A DNA stretch of 64,000 nt, from contig DASSVO010000038.1 of assembly GCA_035706005.1 (NCBI GenBank), positions 1,192 through 65,191 of the forward strand, written 5' to 3'. This document shows positions 26,115 through 35,498 of this stretch, piece by piece; positions within the stretch are counted from its first letter, which is position 1; each line of letters opens with the position of its first letter. Source of the DNA: Gaiellaceae bacterium. GTDB lineage: Bacteria > Actinomycetota > Thermoleophilia > Gaiellales > Gaiellaceae. Below the pieces are notes generated by a model. That model saw only the letters and a program-made list of their open reading frames with translations. It did not search any database and was not told the DNA's origin. A program made the translations under genes and the position numbers.

Positions 26115-27713
26115 GTGAGGTTGGCGCTGGCACAGGTGAATCCGGTCGTCGGCGACCTCGAGGGCAACCGCAACCTCATCGTTCGGAGGATCGCGGAGGC
26201 CCGAGACGCCGGCGCCGACCTCGTCGTCCTCCCCGAGCTCGCGATCACCGGATACCCGCCCGAGGATCTCCTGCTGCGGCCGGGGTTCGTGCGCGCGGCG
26301 CGCGCCTCGCTCGAGACCATCGCGGCCGAGACGCGGGAGATCGTCGCGCTCGTGGGCGTGCCGCTGTTCGACGGCGCTCTGTACAACGCATGCGCGATCT
26401 GCGCCGACGGCGGATTGACCGGCTGGGCGAGGAAGTGGCATCTGCCGAACTACGGCGTCTTCGACGAGAAGCGCTACTTCGCCTCTGGTGACGAGCCGGC
26501 GGTCGTCGGTGTCGCAGGCACGAAGGTCGGGATCACGATCTGCGAGGACATGTGGGTGCCCGGGCCACCGACGACCGAGCTCGTCTCGGCGGGCGCTGAG
26601 CTCGTCGTCAACCTCTCGGCCTCCCCGTTCCACGTCGGCCGAGCGGAGGAGCGCGAGGCCATCTTCTCCGCGCGCGCACGAGAGAGCGGCGTGCGCGTCG
26701 CCCTTTGCAACACCGTCGGCGGCCAGGACGAGCTCGTCTTCGACGGACACTCGCTCGTCATCGAGAGCGACGGCACCGTGGTGGCGCGCGCACCCGGCTT
26801 CGAGGAGACACTCCTCGTGGTCGATCTCGACCGGCCGGAAGCGGCGGTGCTCGCGCCGCTCGGCGACGACCTCGAGCAGATGCGGCGCGCTCTCGTCCTC
26901 GGGTTGCGGGACTACGTCGGCAAGAACGGGTTCGAGGACGTCGTCGTCGGGGTTTCGGGCGGGATCGACTCGGCCGTCACCGCCGCGCTCGCCGCCGAGG
27001 CCCTCGGGCCCGAACGGGTGCACTGCGTCTCGATGCCGTCCCGCTACTCCTCCGAGGGGACACGGAGCGATGCGCGCCGGCTCGCCGAGAACCTCGGCTG
27101 CGACTTCCGCGAGCTCCCGATCGAGCCCGTCGTCGAGACCTTCGGAGCCGTGCTCGCGGAGCCGTTCGCCGGCCGCGAGCCCGACCTCGCGGAGGAGAAT
27201 CTGCAGGCGCGGATCCGCGGGACGCTGCTCATGGCGCTGTCGAACAAGTTCGGCTGGCTGCTGGTCGCGACCGGCAACAAGTCCGAGCTGTCGGTGGGTT
27301 ACGCGACGCTGTACGGGGACATGGCCGGCGGCTTCGCGCTGCTCAAGGACGTCTTCAAGACCGACGTGTTCCGGCTGGCGCGCCACCTGAACGACCGCGC
27401 GGGCCGCGAGCTGGTACCCCGGTCGACGATCGACCGCCCGCCGACCGCCGAGCTGCGAGAGGGTCAGCTCGACGAGGACTCGCTGCCGCCGTACTCCGAG
27501 CTCGACCGCGTGCTCGAGGCGTATGTCGAGGACGACCGTTCGCTCGACGAGCTGGGCGCCGACGGGTTCGATCCGGAGGTCGTGGCGCGCGCGGTCGCGC
27601 TCATCGACCGGGCGGAGTACAAACGGCGGCAGGCGCCGCCGGGAGTGCGGCTGCGGCCGAAGGCGTTCGGCCGCGACCGGCGGACTCCGATCACCAATCG
27701 CTGGCGGAGCTGA
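26115..27713 (+). CDS. nadE: Glutamine-dependent NAD+ synthetase
   Basis: GTG 26115 is in frame (VRLALAQVNPVVGDL). An N-terminal CN-hydrolase domain is followed by a synthetase domain with GVSGGIDSAV. Confidence 0.9.
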   Translation: MRLALAQVNPVVGDLEGNRNLIVRRIAEARDAGADLVVLPELAITGYPPEDLLLRPGFVRAARASLETIAAETREIVALVGVPLFDGALYNACAICADGGLTGWARKWHLPNYGVFDEKRYFASGDEPAVVGVAGTKVGITICEDMWVPGPPTTELVSAGAELVVNLSASPFHVGRAEEREAIFSARARESGVRVALCNTVGGQDELVFDGHSLVIESDGTVVARAPGFEETLLVVDLDRPEAAVLAPLGDDLEQMRRALVLGLRDYVGKNGFEDVVVGVSGGIDSAVTAALAAEALGPERVHCVSMPSRYSSEGTRSDARRLAENLGCDFRELPIEPVVETFGAVLAEPFAGREPDLAEENLQARIRGTLLMALSNKFGWLLVATGNKSELSVGYATLYGDMAGGFALLKDVFKTDVFRLARHLNDRAGRELVPRSTIDRPPTAELREGQLDEDSLPPYSELDRVLEAYVEDDRSLDELGADGFDPEVVARAVALIDRAEYKRRQAPPGVRLRPKAFGRDRRTPITNRWRS

Positions 27714-28647
27714 GCCGCTCGGCAAGGTCCGGCGGGCGCGTCGACACGTGCTCCAGCTCGGTGGGCGCAAACCAGCGGAGCTCGTCGGCCTCGGTGAGGT
27801 GCGGAGGCTCGAAGCGTTCGACGCGGACGAGGTAGACGCGAGACAGAAAGCTCCCGAAGCCGGGCTCCTCGAGCGTCCAGCCGCCGAGCTCCCAGAGTCG
27901 CGGGCCGAGCTCGAACTCGACGAGTCCGACCTCCTCCTCGAGTTCGCGGCGCAGCGTCTGCTCGTCGTTCTCTCCGTCCTCGCGGCCGCCGCCGGGCGTG
28001 ATCCACCAGTCGCCGTACTCGTCGCCGTAACGGAGGAGCAGGATGCGGTTTTGTGCGTCTACGACCGCGGCACGCACGGTCTCGCGCTGCGGACGCTCGC
28101 TTGCACGGCCGGCGAGCTCCTGGAACCAGCGGAGCCGCTCCCGCCACGGCACCGCCGCGTTCGCGGGCGAGGTCGAGGGAAGGACGAAGAGCTTCGTCTC
28201 GTCGAGGGTCCGCTCCTGCAGGCCGAGCTCGGGACGCAGGCCGAAGGCGCCGCGGTACGCCTCCTTGCCCACGAACGCGAGCCAGCCGGGCCGGAGGTCG
28301 CGGGCGATCCGCTCGAGCCGCCCGGCGGAGCCGGCGAAGTCGGCGCGGCGGAGGTCACCGGAGCCGGGAGTCGTGCGATACGCGGCGTTCGTGACGCCGA
28401 TCCCCTCCTCGATCAGCGCGAGCTGCTCGTGCGGCTCGTAGAGGCGAGAGGTCAGCCGGGCCGCGTGGAGAAGGCGCCAGAAGTCGTTCCGTGGGTTCGC
28501 GAAGTGAGCTCGAGCAGCAGCGGAGACGCGGCCCGGATTGATGCCGACGAAGACGATGCGGAGGCCCGGCGCGAGGACATCCGGGACGTCACTCGGAGTC
28601 GCGTCCGCTTCGGTCATGTCCCTTGCGTGAGCCACGTATTCCCCCAT
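27691..28647 (-). CDS. Mug-type (family 2) uracil/mismatch DNA glycosylase fused to a NUDIX hydrolase domain
   Basis: The N-terminal half has IVFVGINPG...NPRNDFW...LPSTSPAN. The C-terminal half has the NUDIX box GGGREDGENDEQTLRRELEEEVGL. The gene's 3' end overlaps the convergent nadE by 23 nt. Confidence 0.8.
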   Translation of the reverse strand: MGEYVAHARDMTEADATPSDVPDVLAPGLRIVFVGINPGRVSAAARAHFANPRNDFWRLLHAARLTSRLYEPHEQLALIEEGIGVTNAAYRTTPGSGDLRRADFAGSAGRLERIARDLRPGWLAFVGKEAYRGAFGLRPELGLQERTLDETKLFVLPSTSPANAAVPWRERLRWFQELAGRASERPQRETVRAAVVDAQNRILLLRYGDEYGDWWITPGGGREDGENDEQTLRRELEEEVGLVEFELGPRLWELGGWTLEEPGFGSFLSRVYLVRVERFEPPHLTEADELRWFAPTELEHVSTRPPDLAERLSSASDW

Positions 28648-28733
28648 GGGGGGAGCGAGGCTCCCTTTGCGAACGGTAGGCGACGAGCCGTCACTCGGAC
28701 GTCACAACTTCGCGTCAGAACGTCGGCCGCGCG

Positions 28734-29036
28734 CTATGCAGCCTCGGCGGCGGCCTCGGCCGCATCGAGCTCGGCCGCGAGCTCCTCGGTCCGCGCTTCG
28801 ATGCGGGCTTCGAACTCCCGGCGCAGATCCTCGCCCGACACCGCCAGCTCGTACCTCGGAAGCCGCGGCTCGACCTTCATCACGGTCACCGTGGGGTCCC
28901 AGCCGCCGTAACAGCGGACATAGCATTCGTCCTCCGACAGCGTACGCAGCCGTCGCACGTACGGCAGCGTACGAGCCGTCTCGGACGGACCCGCGAGACG
29001 CTCGTAAACGGCGCTCCGGCGGCGATCTGAGACCAT
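28734..29036 (-). CDS. Hypothetical protein
   Basis: ATG 29036 is in frame (MVSDRRRSAVYERLAG...). 100 aa with coding-like GC3 bias. I recognise no domain. Confidence 0.4.
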   Translation of the reverse strand: MVSDRRRSAVYERLAGPSETARTLPYVRRLRTLSEDECYVRCYGGWDPTVTVMKVEPRLPRYELAVSGEDLRREFEARIEARTEELAAELDAAEAAAEAA

Positions 29037-29463
29037 GGGAGCGATGCCCGTCAAGGCGAAGGAGCTGCGGTTCGCGGTCGACCTCACGAGTGCGGGCCGG
29101 CTCACGGAGGAGAACGGCGTCCCCCTCGAGGTACCGGACGGCTGGTCGCCCGAGCACCTGCTGCTCGCGGCGCTCATCCGCTGCTCGCTCAAGAGCCTCC
29201 GCTTTCACGCAAGGCGGCGCGGCGTCGAGGTTCGCTCCGCGTCCGGCAACGGCCGGACGCTCGTGACGAAGCGCGAGACGGACGGGCGGTACGCCATGGT
29301 CGAGACGAGCCTCGACCTCGCCGTGCAGGTCGAGCGCGAGCCGGAACAGGCGGCACTTGGCGAGCTGCTCGCACTCGCCGAGCGCGACTGCTTCGTCGGC
29401 TCCTCCCTCACCGCCAAGCCGAGCTATCGGTGGACCGTGAACGGCCGGGCGACCGTTCCGTGA
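29035..29463 (+). CDS. OsmC family peroxiredoxin-like protein
   Basis: 142 aa: SPEHLLLAALIRCSLKSL...LALAERDCFVGSSL, giving the two OsmC-type Cys contexts. Confidence 0.75.
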   Translation: MGAMPVKAKELRFAVDLTSAGRLTEENGVPLEVPDGWSPEHLLLAALIRCSLKSLRFHARRRGVEVRSASGNGRTLVTKRETDGRYAMVETSLDLAVQVEREPEQAALGELLALAERDCFVGSSLTAKPSYRWTVNGRATVP

Positions 29464-29756
29464 GCAGCACCCTGACCCCGCCGCGCGAGCGGCTCGACCG
29501 CGGCGAGAACAGCGGCCTGGGCCGCCCCTGGCTCGTGATCGTCCTCAACGACGACCACAACACGTTCGAGGGCGTCGCCTTCGCCCTCTCGACCGTCATC
29601 CCGAGCGTCTCGTACGACGACGGAATGCGGTTGGCGAGCCGGATCCACAACTCCGGCCAGGCGGTCGTCTGGTCCGGGCTCCGCGAGCAGGCCGAGCTGT
29701 ACTGGGAGCAGCTGAACGGGCAAGGTCTCACGATGGCGCCGCTGGAGCAGGGCTAG
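29430..29756 (+). CDS. clpS: ATP-dependent Clp protease adaptor ClpS
   Basis: PWLVIVLNDDHNTFEGVAFAL...IHNSGQAVVW. The start is either GTG 29430 or GTG 29460, the latter forming a GTGA overlap with the OsmC stop. Confidence 0.85.
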   Translation: MDRERPGDRSVSSTLTPPRERLDRGENSGLGRPWLVIVLNDDHNTFEGVAFALSTVIPSVSYDDGMRLASRIHNSGQAVVWSGLREQAELYWEQLNGQGLTMAPLEQG

Positions 29757-30920
29757 ATGACCGCCGAGATCCTCGACCTCGAAGGCGTGCGCGCACGCTT
29801 CCCGGCGCTCGCGTCGGGTGTCGCGTTCCTCGACGGACCAGGAGGCACGCAGTGCCCCCTGACCGTGATCGACGCGATCGCCGCCTACCTGCGCGACTCG
29901 AATGCCAACCTCGGTGGAGCGTTCGCGGCCAGCCGCCGCAGCGACGAGCTCGTCGAGCGGGTGCACGAGACAGCCGCAGGTCTCCTCGGGTGCAGGCCCG
30001 AGGAGACGATCTTCGGCCAGAACATGTCGACGCTGAACTTCGCGCTGACCCGCTGCCTGGGCCGGACGCTTTCCGCAGGAGACGAGATCCTCCTCACCCG
30101 TCTCGACCACGACGGCAACGTCGCGCCGTGGCTCGAGCTTGCCGCCGATCTCGACCTGCGGGTCGACTTCGTCGAGATCCGCGAGGACACCACTCTCGAC
30201 CTCGACGACCTCGAGCGGAAGCTGACCGAGCGCACTCGCGCCGTCGCGTTTCCGCTCGCCTCCAACGCCTTCGGCACCGTGCCGGATGCCGCACGCGTCG
30301 TCGAGCTCGCACATGCCGCGGGAGCGCTCGCGTGGGCGGACGCCGTCCACTACGCCCCGCACCGGCCGATCGACGTCGCAGCCCTCGGCGTCGACGTCCT
30401 CCTCTGCTCGCCGTACAAGTTCTTCGGCCCGCACCTCGGCCTCGCCTTCGGACGCGAGGAGCTGCTCCGCGCGTGGCGGCCGTACAAGGTGCGGCCGGCG
30501 GCCGACGAGCCGGTCGGCCACCGGTTCGAGACCGGGACGCTCGCGCACGAGCTCCTGGCGGGTTTCGTCGCGGCGGTCGACTACCTCGCGGAGCTCGGCT
30601 GGAGCGCGATCGAGTCGCACGAGAGGGAACTCGGCGAGCGCTTCCTCGCCGGACTGCCGGATCGCTGCACGCTCTACGGGCTCGCGACGATGGAGGGACG
30701 AGTGCCGACGTTCGCCTTCCGGGTCGACGGCGTACCGCCGCGCGAGGTGTCCGCGCGGCTGGCCGCACGCGACATCGCAGTCTGGGACGGCGACTACTAC
30801 GCCGTCGAGGGAATGGAACGGCTCGGCCTCCAGCCCGACGGCGCAGTCCGGGCGGGCTTCGTCCACTACAACACGTTCGACGAGGTCGACCGGCTCCTCG
30901 ACGCGCTGACGGACCTGTAG
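29757..30920 (+). CDS. Class V aminotransferase, cysteine desulfurase-like protein
   Basis: 387 aa: FPALASGVAFLDGPGGTQ..., SNAFGTV, CSPYKFFGPH. Confidence 0.8.
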   Translation: MTAEILDLEGVRARFPALASGVAFLDGPGGTQCPLTVIDAIAAYLRDSNANLGGAFAASRRSDELVERVHETAAGLLGCRPEETIFGQNMSTLNFALTRCLGRTLSAGDEILLTRLDHDGNVAPWLELAADLDLRVDFVEIREDTTLDLDDLERKLTERTRAVAFPLASNAFGTVPDAARVVELAHAAGALAWADAVHYAPHRPIDVAALGVDVLLCSPYKFFGPHLGLAFGREELLRAWRPYKVRPAADEPVGHRFETGTLAHELLAGFVAAVDYLAELGWSAIESHERELGERFLAGLPDRCTLYGLATMEGRVPTFAFRVDGVPPREVSARLAARDIAVWDGDYYAVEGMERLGLQPDGAVRAGFVHYNTFDEVDRLLDALTDL

Positions 30921-30924
30921 CCGG

Positions 30925-31806
30925 TCAGGCCGCGTTGTCCGCCTTCGCAGCGCTCGCCGCGGCGGCCCAGCGCGGATCGTGGCGACGGATGCGATCCGGC
31001 TCGCGCCCGCGCGCCTCGGCGAGCTCGACCGTCAACCGCTGGAAGAGCACGATGTCGACGACCGGGTGCCGCGTCGGCAGGAGGTCGACCTCGCAGCCGA
31101 GCTCGCGCAGCGCCGCCGCCGCCGCGGCCGCCCGCTCGCCCGCCAGGCCTTCGCCCTCGAGGACGAACGCGCGGACGGATTCGTCGACCGCGGCGAGGTA
31201 GCCGTGGAGAAGCTGCTCCGTCTCGTACGCCTCCGCCGCGACCCAGGCTCCTTCGCGCAGCTTCAGCACCGCCTCGTGTGCGGTCGCCAGCTGGCGTCCC
31301 GCGCCGGCCACGAGGAACCGCTCCTGCTCCCCCACTTCCGGCACGGGCGCCGTCAGGGCATCTGCGACGGCCCCGGGCAGCCACGAGACATCCTCTCCGA
31401 GCAGGGCGGCGATCGCCGCCACCGCGCATGTGTAGCTCGCGGTGTGGCACCAGCTCGCCTCGATCTCCGGCGTGCAGACGACGACCTCGTCGCACAGCTC
31501 CGCAATCGGCCCGTCCGCGCGCCCGGTGACGAGCCACCGCGCCCCGCGCCACGCGCGCGCCGCCTCGAGCGTCAGCGGCGTCTCGCCCTCGTGCGAAACG
31601 AGGACGAGCAGGTCGGCGTCGCGCCCGGGGCGCAGCGCAAGCTCGAGCGCCTGCGCTGCGTCGCCACCGGTCATGGCCGCGTGGAACGAGGTTCCGCAGC
31701 CGGTGAAGAGGAGCCGCGCGCCGTCGGGGAAGCGCCGGTCCGTCGGCACCTGCGCCAGCCATTCCGGTTGCGCAGCGATCGCCCGCCTGGTCTCCTCTCC
31801 ATACAC
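30925..31806 (-). CDS. SIS-domain sugar-phosphate isomerase/aminotransferase-like protein
   Basis: GTG 31806 (VYGEETRRAIAAQPEWL) avoids overlap with the divergent peptidase gene. Contains FTGCGTSFHAA and VSHEGET. The track start at 31866 is also possible. Confidence 0.65.
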   Translation of the reverse strand: MYGEETRRAIAAQPEWLAQVPTDRRFPDGARLLFTGCGTSFHAAMTGGDAAQALELALRPGRDADLLVLVSHEGETPLTLEAARAWRGARWLVTGRADGPIAELCDEVVVCTPEIEASWCHTASYTCAVAAIAALLGEDVSWLPGAVADALTAPVPEVGEQERFLVAGAGRQLATAHEAVLKLREGAWVAAEAYETEQLLHGYLAAVDESVRAFVLEGEGLAGERAAAAAAALRELGCEVDLLPTRHPVVDIVLFQRLTVELAEARGREPDRIRRHDPRWAAAASAAKADNAA

Positions 31807-31834
31807 GAGCGGTAGGTCTATACGATCGGGCGGC

Positions 31835-33100
31835 GTGACGATCTTCGAACGACACACGCTCGACAACGGTCTGCGCGTCCTGACGGCCGACCTTCCGCAC
31901 GCGCAGTCGGTCGCGGTGATGGTGATGCTCGCCGCCGGCTCCCGCTACGAGACCGCGGAGACGAGCGGGATCGCGCATTTCGCCGAGCACATGTTCTTCA
32001 AGGGGACCGAGCGGCGGCCGAGCGCCCGCCAGATCGCGGGCGAGATCGACGCGATCGGCGGTGAGTTCAACGCCTTCACCGGCAAGGAGAACACGACGTA
32101 CTACGTCAAGTGCGCTGCCGATCACCGTGACATCGCGCTCGACGTCGTCGTCGACATGCTGCGCAACTCCCGCTTCGCCGAGGAGGAGATCGCGCGGGAG
32201 AAGGGCGTGATCATCGAGGAGATGAACATGTACTTCGACACGCCGCGCGATTTCATCGGCGGCGTCTACGAGGAGCTCCTCTGGGGAGACCAGCCTCTGG
32301 GCTGGGACATCATCGGCCGCAAGGAGACGATCCACGACGCGACCCGGGACACGTTCCTGGGCTACCTCGGCCGTTGGTACAAGCCCTCGCGGATGGTGCT
32401 CGGCGTCGCAGGCCGGATCGGCGACGGCCTACTCGAGCGCGCGCAGGAGCTGCTCGGCGACCTCGACGACGCCGAAACGGGCGAGCCGGAGCCCGCGGCT
32501 CCGTATGCGAACGGCCGCGTGCGCGTGTTCACGAAGCAGTCGGAGCAGGCGCACGTCTCCCTCGGCGTGCACAGCCGGCCGCTCGACCATCCGGACCGCT
32601 ACGCCATCCAGCTCCTCGCGACCGCTCTCGGAGGCGGGATGTCCTCGCGCCTCTTCACCGAGGTCCGCGAACGGCGCGGTCTCGCCTACTACGTCTACGG
32701 GCTCAACCACAGCTACACGGACGCCGGCACGCTCTACTCGCAGGCAGGCGTGGACATCACCAGGATCGACGACGCGGTGTCGACGATCGCGGCCGAGCTG
32801 CGCAAGATCGCGGCCGAGCCGCTCCCGGCCGAGGAGCTCGAGAAGGCACGCAATTTCGCGAAGGGGCGCTTCGTCCTTCAGCTCGAGAGCCCGCAGGGGC
32901 TCATGATGTTCGGGCTGCGGAAGGAAGTGCTCGAGCGGAAGCTTCCCGATCCGGAAGAGGTGGTCCGCGGGCTCGACGCCGTGACGAGCGACGACGTCGC
33001 CCGCGTCGCGTCCGAGCTCATCGCGCCCGATCGTCTCCGGCTCGCGGTGATCGGGCCCTTCGACGACGCCTCTCGCTTCGAAGCGCTCCTCGACGGCTAG
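31835..33100 (+). CDS. M16 (pitrilysin/insulinase) family zinc peptidase
   Basis: GTG 31835 is in frame. Contains the HFAEH zinc motif (GIAHFAEHMFFKGT). Confidence 0.85.
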   Translation: MTIFERHTLDNGLRVLTADLPHAQSVAVMVMLAAGSRYETAETSGIAHFAEHMFFKGTERRPSARQIAGEIDAIGGEFNAFTGKENTTYYVKCAADHRDIALDVVVDMLRNSRFAEEEIAREKGVIIEEMNMYFDTPRDFIGGVYEELLWGDQPLGWDIIGRKETIHDATRDTFLGYLGRWYKPSRMVLGVAGRIGDGLLERAQELLGDLDDAETGEPEPAAPYANGRVRVFTKQSEQAHVSLGVHSRPLDHPDRYAIQLLATALGGGMSSRLFTEVRERRGLAYYVYGLNHSYTDAGTLYSQAGVDITRIDDAVSTIAAELRKIAAEPLPAEELEKARNFAKGRFVLQLESPQGLMMFGLRKEVLERKLPDPEEVVRGLDAVTSDDVARVASELIAPDRLRLAVIGPFDDASRFEALLDG

Positions 33101-33413
33101 CTCCGCAATCGGCTCTTGCGGCACGCCGAGCAGATCGTGCCCGGCGTGTAATCAAGAGGACGAGCGGTGCCTTTCCGTAGGTCGGCGGTCCAGTTGGCAC
33201 CTGACCCGGATCCCGCCCGTTGGAGTGCCTTCGACCTCCGCAGCCGCTCGTACGCGAGGTTTCTAACATTCCCCCCGGACGGATCTTCTCCTCGTTCAAC
33301 CAGAGCGCGGCCCAAGGCCGGAGGCCGGACCGCGCTCGCGCCGGCCTCTGCCGCGCGCGAGCGCACAACAGCGGCCACTCGCCCAGGGACCGACCAAACA
33401 GGAACAGCACGGA

Positions 33414-33443
33414 GGGCCGGGGAGATCGCGCTCTCCCCGGCCC
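33414..33443 (-). terminator. Probable acs terminator hairpin
   Basis: Perfect 12-bp stem GGGCCGGGGAGA/TCTCCCCGGCCC. On the minus strand it is followed by UCCGUGCUGUUCCUGUUUGG. A second 12-bp hairpin at 33459-33486 abuts the acs stop. Confidence 0.5.
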
Positions 33444-33485
33444 GTAGTTCCGTCCCCAGCTCGCGAGACCGCAAGGTCTCGCGAG

Positions 33486-35465
33486 CTAGGACTCCGCCTC
33501 CTGCGCCTTCTCGTCGGCCGCCCGCTTCGAGATCTCGTCGACCACGGTCGGATCGGCCAGCGTCGTCGTGTCGCCGAGCTGGCGGTCGTTCGCGACGTCC
33601 CGCAGCAGACGGCGCATGATCTTGCCGCTGCGGGTCTTCGGCAGCTCGGGCGTGAAGACGATGTTCGCGGGCTTCGCGATCGGCCCGATCTTCTGCGCGA
33701 CGTGGTTGCGCAGCTCCTCGAGCTTCTCGACGCTGCCCTCGCCGCCGCCCTTCAGCGTCACATAGGCGACGATCGCCTCGCCCGTCACCGAGTCGGCGCG
33801 CGAGCACACCGCCGCCTCGGCGACCTCGAGATGGTCGACGAGCGCCGACTCGACCTCGATCGTCGAGATGCGGTGCCCCGAGACGTTCATCACGTCGTCG
33901 ATCCGGCCGAGGAGCCAGTAGTCGCCGTCCTGGTCGATCCGGGCGCCGTCCCCGGCGAGGTAGATGTCGTCGTACTTCGACCAGTACGTGTCGCGGTAGC
34001 GCTGGTCATCGCCGAAGATGCCTCGCAGCATCGCCGGCCACGGACGCTTGAGGACGAGGTAGCCGCCCCCACCGGGACCGACCTCGTTGCCCTGCTCGTC
34101 GTACACCGCAGGCACGACGCCGGGGAACGGCTGGGTCGCCGAGCCCGGCTTGAGCGTCGTGATCCCGGGCAGCGGCGTGATCAGGATCATCCCGGTCTCC
34201 GTCTGCCACCAGGTGTCGACGACCGGAGTCCGGTCGCCGCCGATGTTCTCGCGGTACCAGATCCACGCCTCAGGGTTGATCGGCTCGCCGACGGAGCCGA
34301 GCAGGCGCAGGGACGACAGGTCGTGCTTCTGCGCGTGCTCCGGCCCCCACTTCATGTGCGAGCGGATGGCGGTCGGCGCCGTGTACAGGATCGTCACCTT
34401 GTACTTCTCGACGATCGACCACCAGCGGTCCTTGTCGGGGAAGTCGGGCGTCCCCTCGTAAAGGACCGACGTCGTCCGGTTGCACAGTGGGCCATACACG
34501 ATGTAGCTGTGGCCGGTGATCCAGCCGATGTCCGCAGCGCACCAGTAGACGTCCTCGTCCCGCTTCAGGTCGAAGATGTAGTGGTGCGTCGACGCCGTGC
34601 CGATGAGGTAGCCGGCCGTCGTGTGGATGATCCCCTTCGGCTTCGCGGTCGTACCGCTCGTGTACATGAGGAAGAGCAGGTCCTCGCTGTCCATCGGCTC
34701 GCACGGACACGACTCCGGATCGTCCGACACGTCGCTCTCGAGGTCGTGCCAGTAGTGGTCACGGCCCTCCTTCATCGGCACCTCACCGCCCGTGCGGCGG
34801 AGGACGACGCAGTGCTTCACGCCGGGTGCTGCGGCCATCGCCTCGTCAGCGACTGCCTTCAGCCCGATCTTCGAGCCGCGACGCCAGGCCTCGTCCTGCG
34901 TGATGACGACCTCGCACTCCATGTCGTTCATCCGGCCCGATAGCGAGTCGGCCGAGAACCCGCCGAAGACGACCGTGTGCGGCGCTCCGATCCGCGTGCA
35001 CGCGAGCATGGCCACCGGCAGCTCCGGGACCATGCCCATGTAGATCCCGACCGGCGTCCCCTTCTTCACTCCGAGCTTCTTCAGCCCGTTCGCGAAGCGG
35101 ACGACGTCCTTCTGGAGATCCGCGTACGTGATCGTGCGCGTCTCCCCTTCGGGCTCGCCCTCCCAGTGGTACGCGACGACGCCCCCGTCGCCCGCCTCGA
35201 CATGCCGGTCGACACAGTTGAAGCAGACGTTCAGCTTGCCGCCGAGGTACCACTTCGCGTACGGCGGCTCCCACTGGTAGAGCTCGGTGAACGGCTCGAA
35301 CCACGCGACCCGATCGCGGCCCTCCCGCTCCCAGAACTCCTCGAACGGGACGTCGTAGATGTCGGGCTGCGCATTCGCCTTGGCCGCGAAGTCCTCGGGC
35401 GGCGGATACGTCCGCTCCTCGAGGAACATCGTGTCGATCGCGTGGTGGCTCGCCTCTGTTGCCAA
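33486..35465 (-). CDS. acs: Acetyl-CoA synthetase
   Basis: 659 aa: YTSGTTAKPKG, WWQTETG, PKTRSGKIMRRLLR. Confidence 0.95.
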   Translation of the reverse strand: MATEASHHAIDTMFLEERTYPPPEDFAAKANAQPDIYDVPFEEFWEREGRDRVAWFEPFTELYQWEPPYAKWYLGGKLNVCFNCVDRHVEAGDGGVVAYHWEGEPEGETRTITYADLQKDVVRFANGLKKLGVKKGTPVGIYMGMVPELPVAMLACTRIGAPHTVVFGGFSADSLSGRMNDMECEVVITQDEAWRRGSKIGLKAVADEAMAAAPGVKHCVVLRRTGGEVPMKEGRDHYWHDLESDVSDDPESCPCEPMDSEDLLFLMYTSGTTAKPKGIIHTTAGYLIGTASTHHYIFDLKRDEDVYWCAADIGWITGHSYIVYGPLCNRTTSVLYEGTPDFPDKDRWWSIVEKYKVTILYTAPTAIRSHMKWGPEHAQKHDLSSLRLLGSVGEPINPEAWIWYRENIGGDRTPVVDTWWQTETGMILITPLPGITTLKPGSATQPFPGVVPAVYDEQGNEVGPGGGGYLVLKRPWPAMLRGIFGDDQRYRDTYWSKYDDIYLAGDGARIDQDGDYWLLGRIDDVMNVSGHRISTIEVESALVDHLEVAEAAVCSRADSVTGEAIVAYVTLKGGGEGSVEKLEELRNHVAQKIGPIAKPANIVFTPELPKTRSGKIMRRLLRDVANDRQLGDTTTLADPTVVDEISKRAADEKAQEAES

Positions 35466-35498
35466 GAGCGGCCTCCTTCCTTTTCGCCTACCGGGATC

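Noticed and set aside
29757-30920. Calling the class V aminotransferase a selenocysteine lyase linked to the Sec genes
   Set aside because: The only evidence is generic cysteine-desulfurase-like motifs. It is not adjacent to selD or to any selenoprotein gene, so the link is unsupported.
33167-33619. 150-aa plus-strand ORF in the M16/acs gap
   Set aside because: Its composition is Arg/Ser/Pro/Ala junk, and it runs antisense into the acs coding region.
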